DNA from: Octopus sinensis
Taxonomy: Eukaryota
Direction of reading: 5' to 3'
NCBI RefSeq assembly: GCF_006345805.1
Contig: NC_043014.1
Coordinates: forward strand, 620,001 to 684,000
DNA: 64,000 nucleotides
Below, in pieces: positions 25,090 to 34,530 of the stretch. The notes under the pieces are model-generated. The model had not been told where the DNA came from. It did not search any database and saw nothing but the letters and a program-made list of their open reading frames with translations. A program made the translations under genes and the position numbers. Position 1 is the first letter of the stretch; every line of letters starts with the position of its first letter.

Positions 25090-27660
25090 CCTCAACTGGG
25101 ACGACCTGGTGAATAGAAAGACTGATTTTATGACACCCTTTTGCAGACGACCTCATCAACAAGCGACAGTAGCCTTCTCTTTGTGAAAGATGGTTGCTTA
25201 TAAATGCCAAAACCTCCCCAGGTGAAGAATGCACCCCTCAACATAGGTTAGTCATTAACAATTTCAGAATTAGGGCTAGGAAGCTGCCAAGAAGACAACC
25301 AGTGTGGAAAAGACAGGTCTGGAGGCTTAAGGATCCTCTCAATGGTCAGAGATTTAGAGACATGTAACTTGAAGCATTTGAGAAAAAGAGGAAGGTCTAG
25401 CAACATAATGCGAAGGACAATTGGGGGTTCCTAAAGGACAACTTGTTGAGGGCCACTGATCAAATTTGTGGTTAGTGTAAAGTTCCTTCTTGACCTAAGG
25501 TGACATGGGGGTAGATTAGTGTAGTTGACAGCGCCATTAGAGAGAGAGAGAGAGAAGAAATAGGCCTGGAAGGGTGATGGTATCAGGGAACTGTACCAGA
25601 TAGCCAGAAGGGAGACTAGGAGACAGGTATATTTAGCCAGAGGAGAAGCAGAAAAGAAGAAGTTTACTAATGTTTTGCAGTGTGAGGACCAGAGGCTGGA
25701 AGTGTTTCATATTGCAAGACTGTGTGTGAGAGAAAATCGTGATGCCATAGGAGAGAAGTGTGTCTGCCCAGATAATGGTTCACTTGCATTTAATAATTTC
25801 ACAAAAAGAAAGCGACTTGAAGATGCCATTATGAAAGGCTGTTAAATGTGGAGAATTAATGGGAGAAGAAGAGTCTGTCAAATGTCGACCTATCAGCTAC
25901 CTGAGTCAATAGTAGCTTGGTAGATAAAGCAATTAAGGATATGAAAACAAGGAAATCCCTGGCCCACAAAGAATCCCTGCTGAGATGCTTAAAATATCTG
26001 GTAGGGTGGGACATGGTCTGGTCTCCTGTATAGTTAATCCGGTTGTCCTTGAGGGAGTCACACCCAATGACTGGTGTTGCAGCACCATAGTCAACTGCTA
26101 CAAAGATAAAGGTGATGCCTTAGTCAGAAATAATTACAGACCAAGTAATGAAAGTTATAGAGAGGGTTATAGCTGAACTAATTGGAAATTAGCCTAGATG
26201 AGATGCAGTTTGGTTTTGTGCCAGGAGAAGCATTTAGCCAAAAATAAACCTTTGTACTTGGCTTTTGTTGCCATGGAGAAAGCCTTTGACAGGCTCCCCC
26301 ACACCTGTATCTAGAGACAGATGAGTGGTTTGTGAGAGTGGTTCAAGCCATGTACAGGGATGCTGCCAGTGAAGTGAAGCAATGAATTCAGTGAACAGGC
26401 AGAAGTTCATCAAGGATCAGTTCTCAGCCCCCTCTTGTTTATCATAGTCCTCCAGGCCATAACATGAGAATTCAATACAGGCTGCCCCTAGGAGCCTAGA
26501 AGCTGATAATTTGTTCTTATAGCTGAATCACTACCTGACTTAGAGAAGAAATTTCAGGTGTGGAAGCAAGGTCTGAAATCAAAGGGTTTCAGAGTTTAAT
26601 TTTGCAAAAACCAAAGTCTTAGCAACTATGAAAACGGACAAATCACCAAGTCCTTTCAGGAAGGAAGAAGGACCGATTCAGTATGTAAGAAGGGTGTTGG
26701 TAGAAACTCCATACATTGTATCCAGTGCAAGCTTTGGACACATAAAATGTATCACAGGAAGGTTAACAGAGAAAAAGGTCTACATTTGGCAGACTTTTCT
26801 TCTCCCATTCATTCTCCACATTTAACAGACTTTCATTGTGGCATTTCCAAGCCTCTTTCTTTGCAAGTGTTTGTGTGTGGAAAATTGTACTAAAAATGCA
26901 CAGACAATAGACTCCCTCAAATGCTTGTGGAGATCATGAGAAGTAGTAGATAGCTTCTGTTACTTTGGTGACCAAATTAGCAGTGGTAGAGGAAGTTCTG
27001 AAAGCGTAGCTACCAGCATAAAAATGGGCTCTGACTATGGAGGGCATGTGAAGGCTTGAAAGAAATGAACCTAGCACGCTCCGCTGGATGGGTAATGTCA
27101 GTGTGCATACATGAGAGAGTGTAAACGACTTAAGAGGGAAACTGGATACAAGAGGCATCTGATGTTGTTTGCCAGAGAGAAGACTGTGCTGGTTTGGTGA
27201 TGTGGTGTGTATGGATGAGGACAGCTGTGCAAAGAAGTGCTGAGCTCTAATTGTGGAGGGAACCTGTGGAAGGGGTAGACCGAGGAAGAAATGGGATGAA
27301 GTGGTGAGAAAAGATCTGATGCTGAGGAAATGAGAAGGGGCCAGGAGCTGCGGCAATTTGCTGTACATGAAAAGACTTGTCAAGTTAGGTAAAATAATGG
27401 TCGTCCATAGATATAGGCTTATCCTTTACAGGTGTTGGTACCACGTGAAATGCATTTGGGCTGTGTAAAAGAACCTATGCCAGTGGCCTGTAAAAGGCAC
27501 CCAGCACACTGTAAAGTGGTTGACTTTAGGAAGAGCACCCAGACGGAGAAACCATGTCAGAAGAGACAATGGGAATCTGGACAGCTCCTTTCAAACTGTC
27601 CGACCTATGCCAGCAGGGAAAATGGACTTGAAATGATGACGACGACGATGATGATGCTTA
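25090..27660 (+). mobile_element. Decayed RTE-clade LINE with 3' UTR and (GAT)n tail
   Basis: Broken motifs PQHRLV, AFDR, VHQGSVLSPLLF, RRLCWFG, GRGRPRKKW; many stops and indels; ends aatgatgacgacgacgatgatgatg. Confidence 0.85.
27389..27542 (+). repeat. 154-bp direct repeat, copy 1 (upstream of FANCG)
   Basis: Differs from 30932-31087 by 4 substitutions and one 2-nt indel. Confidence 0.97.
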
Positions 27661-27711
27661 CGAGTGTGTGTATGTGTATGTATTCAGGTGAGGTTTATGG
27701 CTGGAGGATCA

Positions 27712-27957
27712 TCATCATTGTTCGACCGTGGTCGAGACAATGGAATTTTCCATGCTACGCCAGACTTCATGGTCCATCATGGCATTACGGAGGTCTTGTT
27801 GCTGGATGCCTGTATCCCTGGAGATTACATCAGGGTAGGAGAGTGTGCGCCCTCTGGCATTGCGAGTAGATGGCTTCCAGAGGAGAAGAGTAGAAATTGG
27901 CTGGAGGAAGCTGTACCAGAGCAGGCTCGTCTGACTCAGGAAAACATGGAAAAGTAG
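27712..27957 (-). mobile_element. 3' end of a second RTE-type LINE
   Basis: ISTLLLWKPSTRNARGRTLSYPDVISRDTGIQQQDLRNAMMDHEVWRS...* followed by a (GAT)n tail. Confidence 0.7.
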
Positions 27958-27959
27958 AT

Positions 27960-28227
27960 GGAGAGTTGCTGAAGCATGGAACAAACTGCTGGCATCAGTT
28001 GTTAGTTGTCGGAGCACTGCATCCTTCAAAACTTCCATGCTTCCTGAGATTCGCCAACACTACACTTGATTTTCTCCCCTCCATACACACACAAGCATGT
28101 ATCTGACAAATACATTGTTCGCTTTCCAGACATTTCTACATTACTGCATGTACTTTATATGCACTTTCAGATAAGTTGTGGTGCACCTGAGCACTGTATA
28201 CAATTAATTTCATTATTATTATTATTT
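27960..28227 (+). mobile_element. CR1 3'-end fragment immediately upstream of FANCG
   Basis: Matches 6108-6294 and the reverse complement of 24218-24460; ends gcactgtatacaatt..(ATT)n. Confidence 0.85.
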
Positions 28228-28257
28228 TAAAACCTTTTTAGATTTATCGACATAATA

Positions 28258-28358
28258 CATACACACACTCACACACACAGACACACACACACGCACACGC
28301 GCGCGCACATTAACTGCGATTACGATATAAGGGAAGTAACTCTCCTTCCCGCTAAAAC
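28258..28358 (+). promoter_or_regulatory. Compact putative FANCG promoter / 5' leader
   Basis: (CA)n/(CG)n alternating tract 28258-28309, TATAAG 28326-28331, small inverted repeat GGGAAG..CTTCCC 28331-28350, ATG at 28359. Confidence 0.35.
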
Positions 28359-28592
28359 ATGTCGTCCTGCGACTTTCCCGCTTCGTCTGCGATTCATTCG
28401 GCTGTTAAAGAATTTCTCTCTGGTAAATATATTAAAGCAATAGAAGCATTAGATGTATTACAATTCCAGACCTTTGATATCTCCGAATGGGTGAGAGATA
28501 ATAATGTGTTTCTGTTTCGGGCGGTGAGGGACGAATATGAAGAACACGGAGCAATTCAGCGGAAATTTGGAAAAGTTTTGAGAAGTTTTTGA
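28359..28592 (+). CDS. FANCG: FANCG-like gene, N-terminal ORF (77 aa)
   Basis: aaaacATG context; TPR-like helix SAVKEFLSGKYIKAIEALD; EWVRDNN resembles human FANCG LWREKND (from memory). Ends at TGA 28590-28592, overlapping the ATG of the main ORF. Confidence 0.7.
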   Translation: MSSCDFPASSAIHSAVKEFLSGKYIKAIEALDVLQFQTFDISEWVRDNNVFLFRAVRDEYEEHGAIQRKFGKVLRSF

Positions 28593-30640
28593 TGAAAATT
28601 CGCAGCAATTCTTGTGTTTATGACGACGCCAAACAATGCCAGATGTTAATTCTTGAGTGTGTTGTTCTCTATAACTTGTTATTCTTCCATACAACACGAC
28701 AATTGGCTGCCACCAGCGACGTGTCTGGAATTTCTCTGCAAACTCAAAGATCTCATTTCGAAACCACTTTACAAAGAATTCTTCATTATAAAAACAATTC
28801 CAGTTCTTGTGAAGCGGTGTCAAGCGGGAAATCCAAGACTAGCAAACCATGTAAGTCAAATTCTGATTTTCCTTGGTTTTATTTCCAACCAGTCTTTTTC
28901 TTGTGTTATTGTCTTGCTCTTTGCACAGACAGACAAACGATTGTTGATATTTGCCATAGATTTCGAACAGAGGAATCAATAAATGAATCTGATTGGAAAA
29001 TCTGTTTTGCTTCTCCAGTTCTTGTTGGCTTTGAAGAAAAATTGAAAAATTCTCACCTTCTCTTACAAGAACTGGCTGTCGTTTTCAAAACGTTCAATTC
29101 TTGTCTCCCTCTTACCGAAACTAATTCTAGATCTGATGTTTCTCTCTCGCAGAACCCATATAAGCCACTTGTTACTTATATTAAGGCCCATTCCCTTTAT
29201 ACAAAGAATATGTTTGAAGCAGTCCTGCAACTTTTCCAGGAGGAAGACACGACCTACTACACTGACCTACAGTCCGTATTATTCCTCAATCTCCAGGCCT
29301 GTTGTTATTTCAAATTGGGCAATTGTTGGAGTGCCGTAGAAAGATTTCAAGCAGCTTTAAAACTCGACTTTTCTTTTCTTGTTCCTTTATACAACGTTGC
29401 CGTTGTCTATCAACAACAGAAACACGTTCAGGCGGAATTGGACACTTTGAAGCATCTCACGTCTGCTTTAAATTCTACAACTTCCATTCAACACAACATC
29501 GTTCATTTGGGTGAAGACAATCAACTGAAACTAAGTCGGTCTTTAGACATGTACGGGGCACCCCTACGTCTACCTTATATCATGTATCTTACTTGCAGAC
29601 GATGTCTCCAAGAGAACCATTTAGACGAAGCATCTGAACATTATCTTGATCTTTTAGGTTATTTCAGAGAGAACCATTTCCTTCAGCAGTCTGAGACATA
29701 TATGCTATCCTGGCCTTTACCCAGCATCACAGAAATCCATCTGGAAGCAGCGTTTTGTATGTTAAAATCCGGAAAATACGACGAATGTGTTATCATTTGC
29801 GACTGGTTGTTATCTTGTGTGAATGGTGACAATTCTAAAGAATATCTTCACGCCAGTTCAATGATGTCTTCTCAATTGAATAGGTCTGATGAAGAAGAAG
29901 ACTATTTTTTACTGAGAGGTTCCCAGTTCTCCAAAGATCGGAACTGTTCTATGACAAATTTTGGTAATTCTCCTGACCAGGACCATAGCAATGGCACTAA
30001 CAATTCTTTATCTCATCTTGCAACCACATTACTTGCTTTACTGTACAAAGCTGATTCCCTGGCCCATATTGACCAACTGGACAATGCTTTACAAACTTTG
30101 CAACTTGCAACCCAAACTGTCCAAGAAAATCCTCATCTGTTAAGTAAAGTCTTACCTCTTCAGCAAACTTCAGAGAAATGTCAAAAAGGAGATAACAGCT
30201 CAGCCGTTCCATTTTTAGGTGATGCCACTGACGCCCTCACCCCATTCCTCTCTGTTGTTCAAGCTGTCTACAACAACACTGCAGTCCTACTTCAGAGCAG
30301 GCACCAGTACCAAGATGCTGTGCATTGCTTCCGCCTGGGTCTTCAGATTTCACCAAACAACCTTCTGCTTTCTTTCAACTGTGTCTTGACCCTGATTCGC
30401 TTGAAACAGTTTGAGAGTGCAGCTGACCTGTGGACAGCATATCGTGAGATGAAAGGTAGTAAAACAGCTTTGCATAAACTATTAAAAGCGAAAAGAACTC
30501 AGTTTGGAAGCTTCAAGGACCAAAAAGAGTCCCTGAAACCATCATCAAAATACACAGACGAACCATCTTTGTTTGTTGTTTTACAACTGGACATTGCTAT
30601 TTTGGAGAATGTTCTTAGAGCAAGAGACAAAGCACTTTAG
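28592..30640 (+). CDS. FANCG: Fanconi anemia group G (XRCC9)-like TPR protein, main uninterrupted ORF (682 aa from ATG 28592; frame open from 28541)
   Basis: [89 protein letters not shown] and [32 protein letters not shown] align to remembered human FANCG TPR segments ([55 protein letters not shown]). Confidence 0.9.
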   Translation: [682 protein letters not shown]

Positions 30641-30780
30641 ATGCCAGGTTGGAAATATTGTTTGTTCCAATCCTTTGTGGAGATTAAAAATAACATGAGC
30701 TGAGATTTGGGGAGCAGAGTGAAAGGTATTGCTTAAGGCTTCACTCAAATTTCTGTGATCTACCATGGTTTTTCTGTTGA

Positions 30781-31715
30781 AAGACGATCCCAGGTCAAAA
30801 GAAAGGACACCGTACTTCTATGATGGATAAACTCTGGGAAATGGTCCAGCTACCAAACTGGTTGTTTCAGTGCCTGACTTGTGTGTCCCCTGCCACCATT
30901 GCTGCTGAACAGCAACAACAAAACCCGACAAGTAAAATAATGGTCATCCATAGATATAGGCTTATCCTTTACGGGTGTTGGTACCACGTGAAATGCATTT
31001 GGGCTGTGTAAATGAACCTATGCTAGTGGCCTGTAAAAGGCACCCAGCACACTCTGTAAAGTGGTTGACTTTAGGAAGAGCACCCAGTCTTCCGCTGCCA
31101 TTGCTGCTGAACAGCAAAAGCCGACTACTTTGTCTCCCCAAACCAGCCCTGTTGATAAAGAACAACAGCAAAAACTGAAGCCGCCCGTGTCTTCCTCCCC
31201 TGTCACTCTTCAACAGCAGCAACAAAAATTGGCCATTCATGCTGAAGAACATCAACAAAAACAGAAACTTAAGCCCCCTGTGTCTTCCTCCCCTATTGCT
31301 CTTCGACAACAAAAATTGCTCATTCCAGCTGAAGTACATCAGCAGGAACAAAAGCCTACCATGCCCTCCTCTCCTGATACTTCTCAACTAGAGCAGAAGT
31401 CGGCCATCAGCACAGAAGTTGCAGAAATTAGACGAATGATTTCTGCTTTGAGTCGTGAAATTGCAGGAATCAGAACCAGTGTCTGTGCAACAACTCACAG
31501 CGAAGGGTCGTACCGGAGTGCCTTGCTCAGCAACTTACCTGTGGCTTGTACGGAACCTCAACGCATCGAGGGGGTTGCTGAACACTCATGAATTAATAGC
31601 CATCGGAGTGCCGGAAGATGTGGTAGATCTGCAGGCATTCATTGGAAACACAGCTAAGGATCTCAGCTGTGTCCCTCCACATTACACTCTAAATGGGTTA
31701 CCACTCTGGAACTAG
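30781..31715 (+). mobile_element. Putative CR1/L2-type ORF1 remnant, interrupted by a 154-bp insert
   Basis: LWEMVQLPNWLFQCLTC (PHD-like end), Q/P-rich ~30-aa repeats, coiled coil EVAEIRRMISALSREIAGIR, SYRSAL, and in the next frame ELIAIGVPED (RRM-like). Assignment is inference. Confidence 0.5.
30932..31087 (+). repeat. 156-bp direct repeat, copy 2 (downstream of FANCG)
   Basis: Near-identical to 27389-27542. Confidence 0.97.
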
Positions 31716-32399
31716 GCTATGCCTCTTACCAACGTAAATTTTTTCCCTTTCATCATCTCAGGTTCAATAAAATAAATACCAGCTATCTACTGAGGTTCAT
31801 TCATGGATTTTGTTTTGGTCCTAAATTCATTCATAGCTGAGAAACAAAACATTTATCTCCCTTCCCACACAGGCGTTTGGAGACAAGGGAGACAAATCTG
31901 TCGTGCCTGTTCAGTCACGGTTTTCCGACGTTTAAAACGAATGAATTCAGGAAGTTTCGCATCGAATTAATGCAGCGCTTCATCGAAAATAGGGGAGAAG
32001 ACCTTACATGTAGAAGCGTGCATTTGACAAAAATCAAAACCACGAGCTCTGTATGTGATCAACGACTTGCTAGAAGGAGCAATCAAATCTATTTTATTCT
32101 GAACTGTCATAAAATACAGAAGGAAGCATTGGATGGTATGATCGTAGATATAGTAACTAAAAAGCAGATGAGATGGTCATGGCTGGAATGACTTGAATCA
32201 AGTCATTTCTATGAGAGCTGACCTAAGGCTTACAACAGACTTTACAGGCAACCCCCTCATCCTACAACAAACAGCATTTGTAGCTGGCTGTGTGTGTGGT
32301 TGTCAGTGTGAGCTTCACCATTCTCATGTGATCTGACAGTGAGGGTAACAACCCTTGTGGAAGTAAAACCAGTGATGCTTCTTATACCCGACTTTTGTC

Positions 32400-32600
32400 T
32401 CAGGAAGCTTATACCCTGACATTACGCATCCAGTGGATCATACGAGCTTCATTTCTTTCAAGCCTTCACATGTCCTCAGCATTCACGGCCCATGTTTCAC
32501 TGCCATGAAGCATGGCAGTTTCCACATATGCATCGTACAGTCTACCTTTCACCCTGAGCAAGAGGCCCTTTGTTACCAGCAGAGGTAGGAGCTAGAGTAA
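32400..32600 (-). mobile_element. RTE LINE fragment
   Basis: Minus strand LYDAYVETAMLHGSETWAVNAEDM*RLERNE; homologous to 27010-27110. Confidence 0.75.
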
Positions 32601-32870
32601 GCCTAGTCTTACTCTGATCATTACACTCTTAGAGCAACCCCCCCCCCACTACAAACTTAGTCGCCTAACCATAAAAGTTAATAAAATATTTAATGGCTTC
32701 ATTACACCTGGTTCTAAAATTTATATATTGACATAGAATTGGGGATAGGAAAGGGAGCAGAACTAAAATAGGAACTGAACAGGGAATTGGATAGGACATG
32801 AAACAGTTTAATGGGAACAGGAACTGGAAATAACCCCTGTTTTTTCTGGGTATTACTGGGTAATTTAGCT

Positions 32871-32915
<45 letters not shown>

Positions 32916-33954
32916 CTTAAGTGGCACATAAAAATCCCCTTTTGAGCGTTGGGCCTCGGCAGTGTGGCTGATGCTGGTTTCATGTAAAAGGCACCCTTCA
33001 AGTGTTGGGCCTCACAGAAGCAATGTGGCCAAAGCCAGTGTTGTGTGAAGAGCACCCTTCGTGCACTGGTCATCATGGAGGTAATGACAAATGATTGAGG
33101 CCTTTGACAATATGCTGTGCTTGAGCAGGTAGACCCATCAAGCCAATTGACATACTGGTGTGATGCAACTGGCACCTGTGCTGGTGGCACATAGAAGCAC
33201 CCATTACACTCTTGGAGTGGTTGGCATTAGGAGGGGTATCCAGCCACTTAGACCCCATGCCAAATCAGACTGGAATCTGGTGCAGCCCATCATCTCAACA
33301 GTCCTTGTTAAACCGTCCAACCCATGCCAGCATGGACAATGGATGGTGAATGATGATGACATATAATTGAATAAGTTGTCGAGAAGGAACATTTTTTGTA
33401 ATTCCTGCAGTTGTTTCCCATTAACAGAGTTCTCCAAGTGCACAGGTATTTGGTTACGTAACCATTTCCCTGCATTGGGAAAATTCTTGTAGTTATTACA
33501 AAAATATGTTCCTTTATACTGCTTCTTGTTGACTCCAAATTATTTGGCAATCCATTCACACACTACAAAAATCTGGCAGCAGGTATAATACTACTGTCAG
33601 CACTGGGTGAGATCTGACGGTGGACAAGCTTTATGCTGTACTATGTTCTTAACAGAATATAACCTAACTTATAAATATATATATATAAGACAGAAGATGT
33701 GTATGTATATGTGACCGACCATTTAGTTGATCCCCTGTAAAATCAATATTTTTCATCTGATTTCATTCACACTTAACAAATACATCACTTATGTTCTACA
33801 GATGGTTCTATACTCTTTAGATTTTTCACTTATGGAATAATGAGGCTTCTAAAGAAAGGGTCAGAAAAACCTCCATTTCTGATGTACAGTGACTACTGTG
33901 GACAAAGGAGGTAAGTCTTTGTGAAGTAACATTCAGGAATTGTCTCCTTTACAT

Positions 33955-34530
33955 TTGTATCTCTTGCTATACTTTTTTGGTTGACAATCAGTGGGTCGTA
34001 CCCTTCAACAGGGTGCTCTACAAGACATTTTATGCATGCATCAATGTAGAATTCTGTAATTCTGTCAAATCCATACGAATGCAAGTACGTTACCAAAAGA
34101 TCAGACAGAGCTGTTTTTCAAATGAAATCTACATGATCAACAGATTTTACAAACGATGAAGTGACTATTTTCAAAACTGGATGCTACATATCCACCAATG
34201 AAGCCACATGGAGAACTTTAGGATTCTCAATTCATGGGACATGGCAAAAATGATACCATTTTCATTCCAAAAAATCCGCTAAACCCAACAGACTGCCCCC
34301 GTCACCCTATGCAGACACTTCAATTCCCCCTCAAACTCAGCTTCTCCATGACAATTAACAAAGTACAAGGTCAGTCGCTGAAAGTTGTTGGATTGGACCT
34401 TCGAGCATTGTGCTTTTCACATGGACTGTTCTACATTGGTTGTTCCAGAATTGACCATCCAGACAACTTATTCGTCTACGCTCCAGAAGGAAAAAAACCA
34501 AAAATGTCATTTACAAAGCAACCCTACAGT
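33955..34530 (+). mobile_element. Internally deleted Helitron (Rep fragment fused to Pif1 helicase C-terminus)
   Basis: VDNQWVVPFN..INVEFCNSVKSI and DEVT..YISTNEATWR..FSIH (Rep), directly followed by IFIPK..LQFPLKLSFSMTINKVQGQSLKVVGLDL..CFSHG.FYIGCSR (helicase motifs V-VI). Confidence 0.92.

Noticed and set aside
28575-28592. Canonical -1 ribosomal frameshift site in FANCG
   Set aside because: No X XXY YYZ heptamer in the ORF1 frame and no obvious downstream pseudoknot.
27389-31087. LTR retrotransposon or TRIM carrying FANCG
   Set aside because: The repeats lack TG..CA ends, PBS, PPT and TSD, and copy 1 is part of an RTE 3' UTR.
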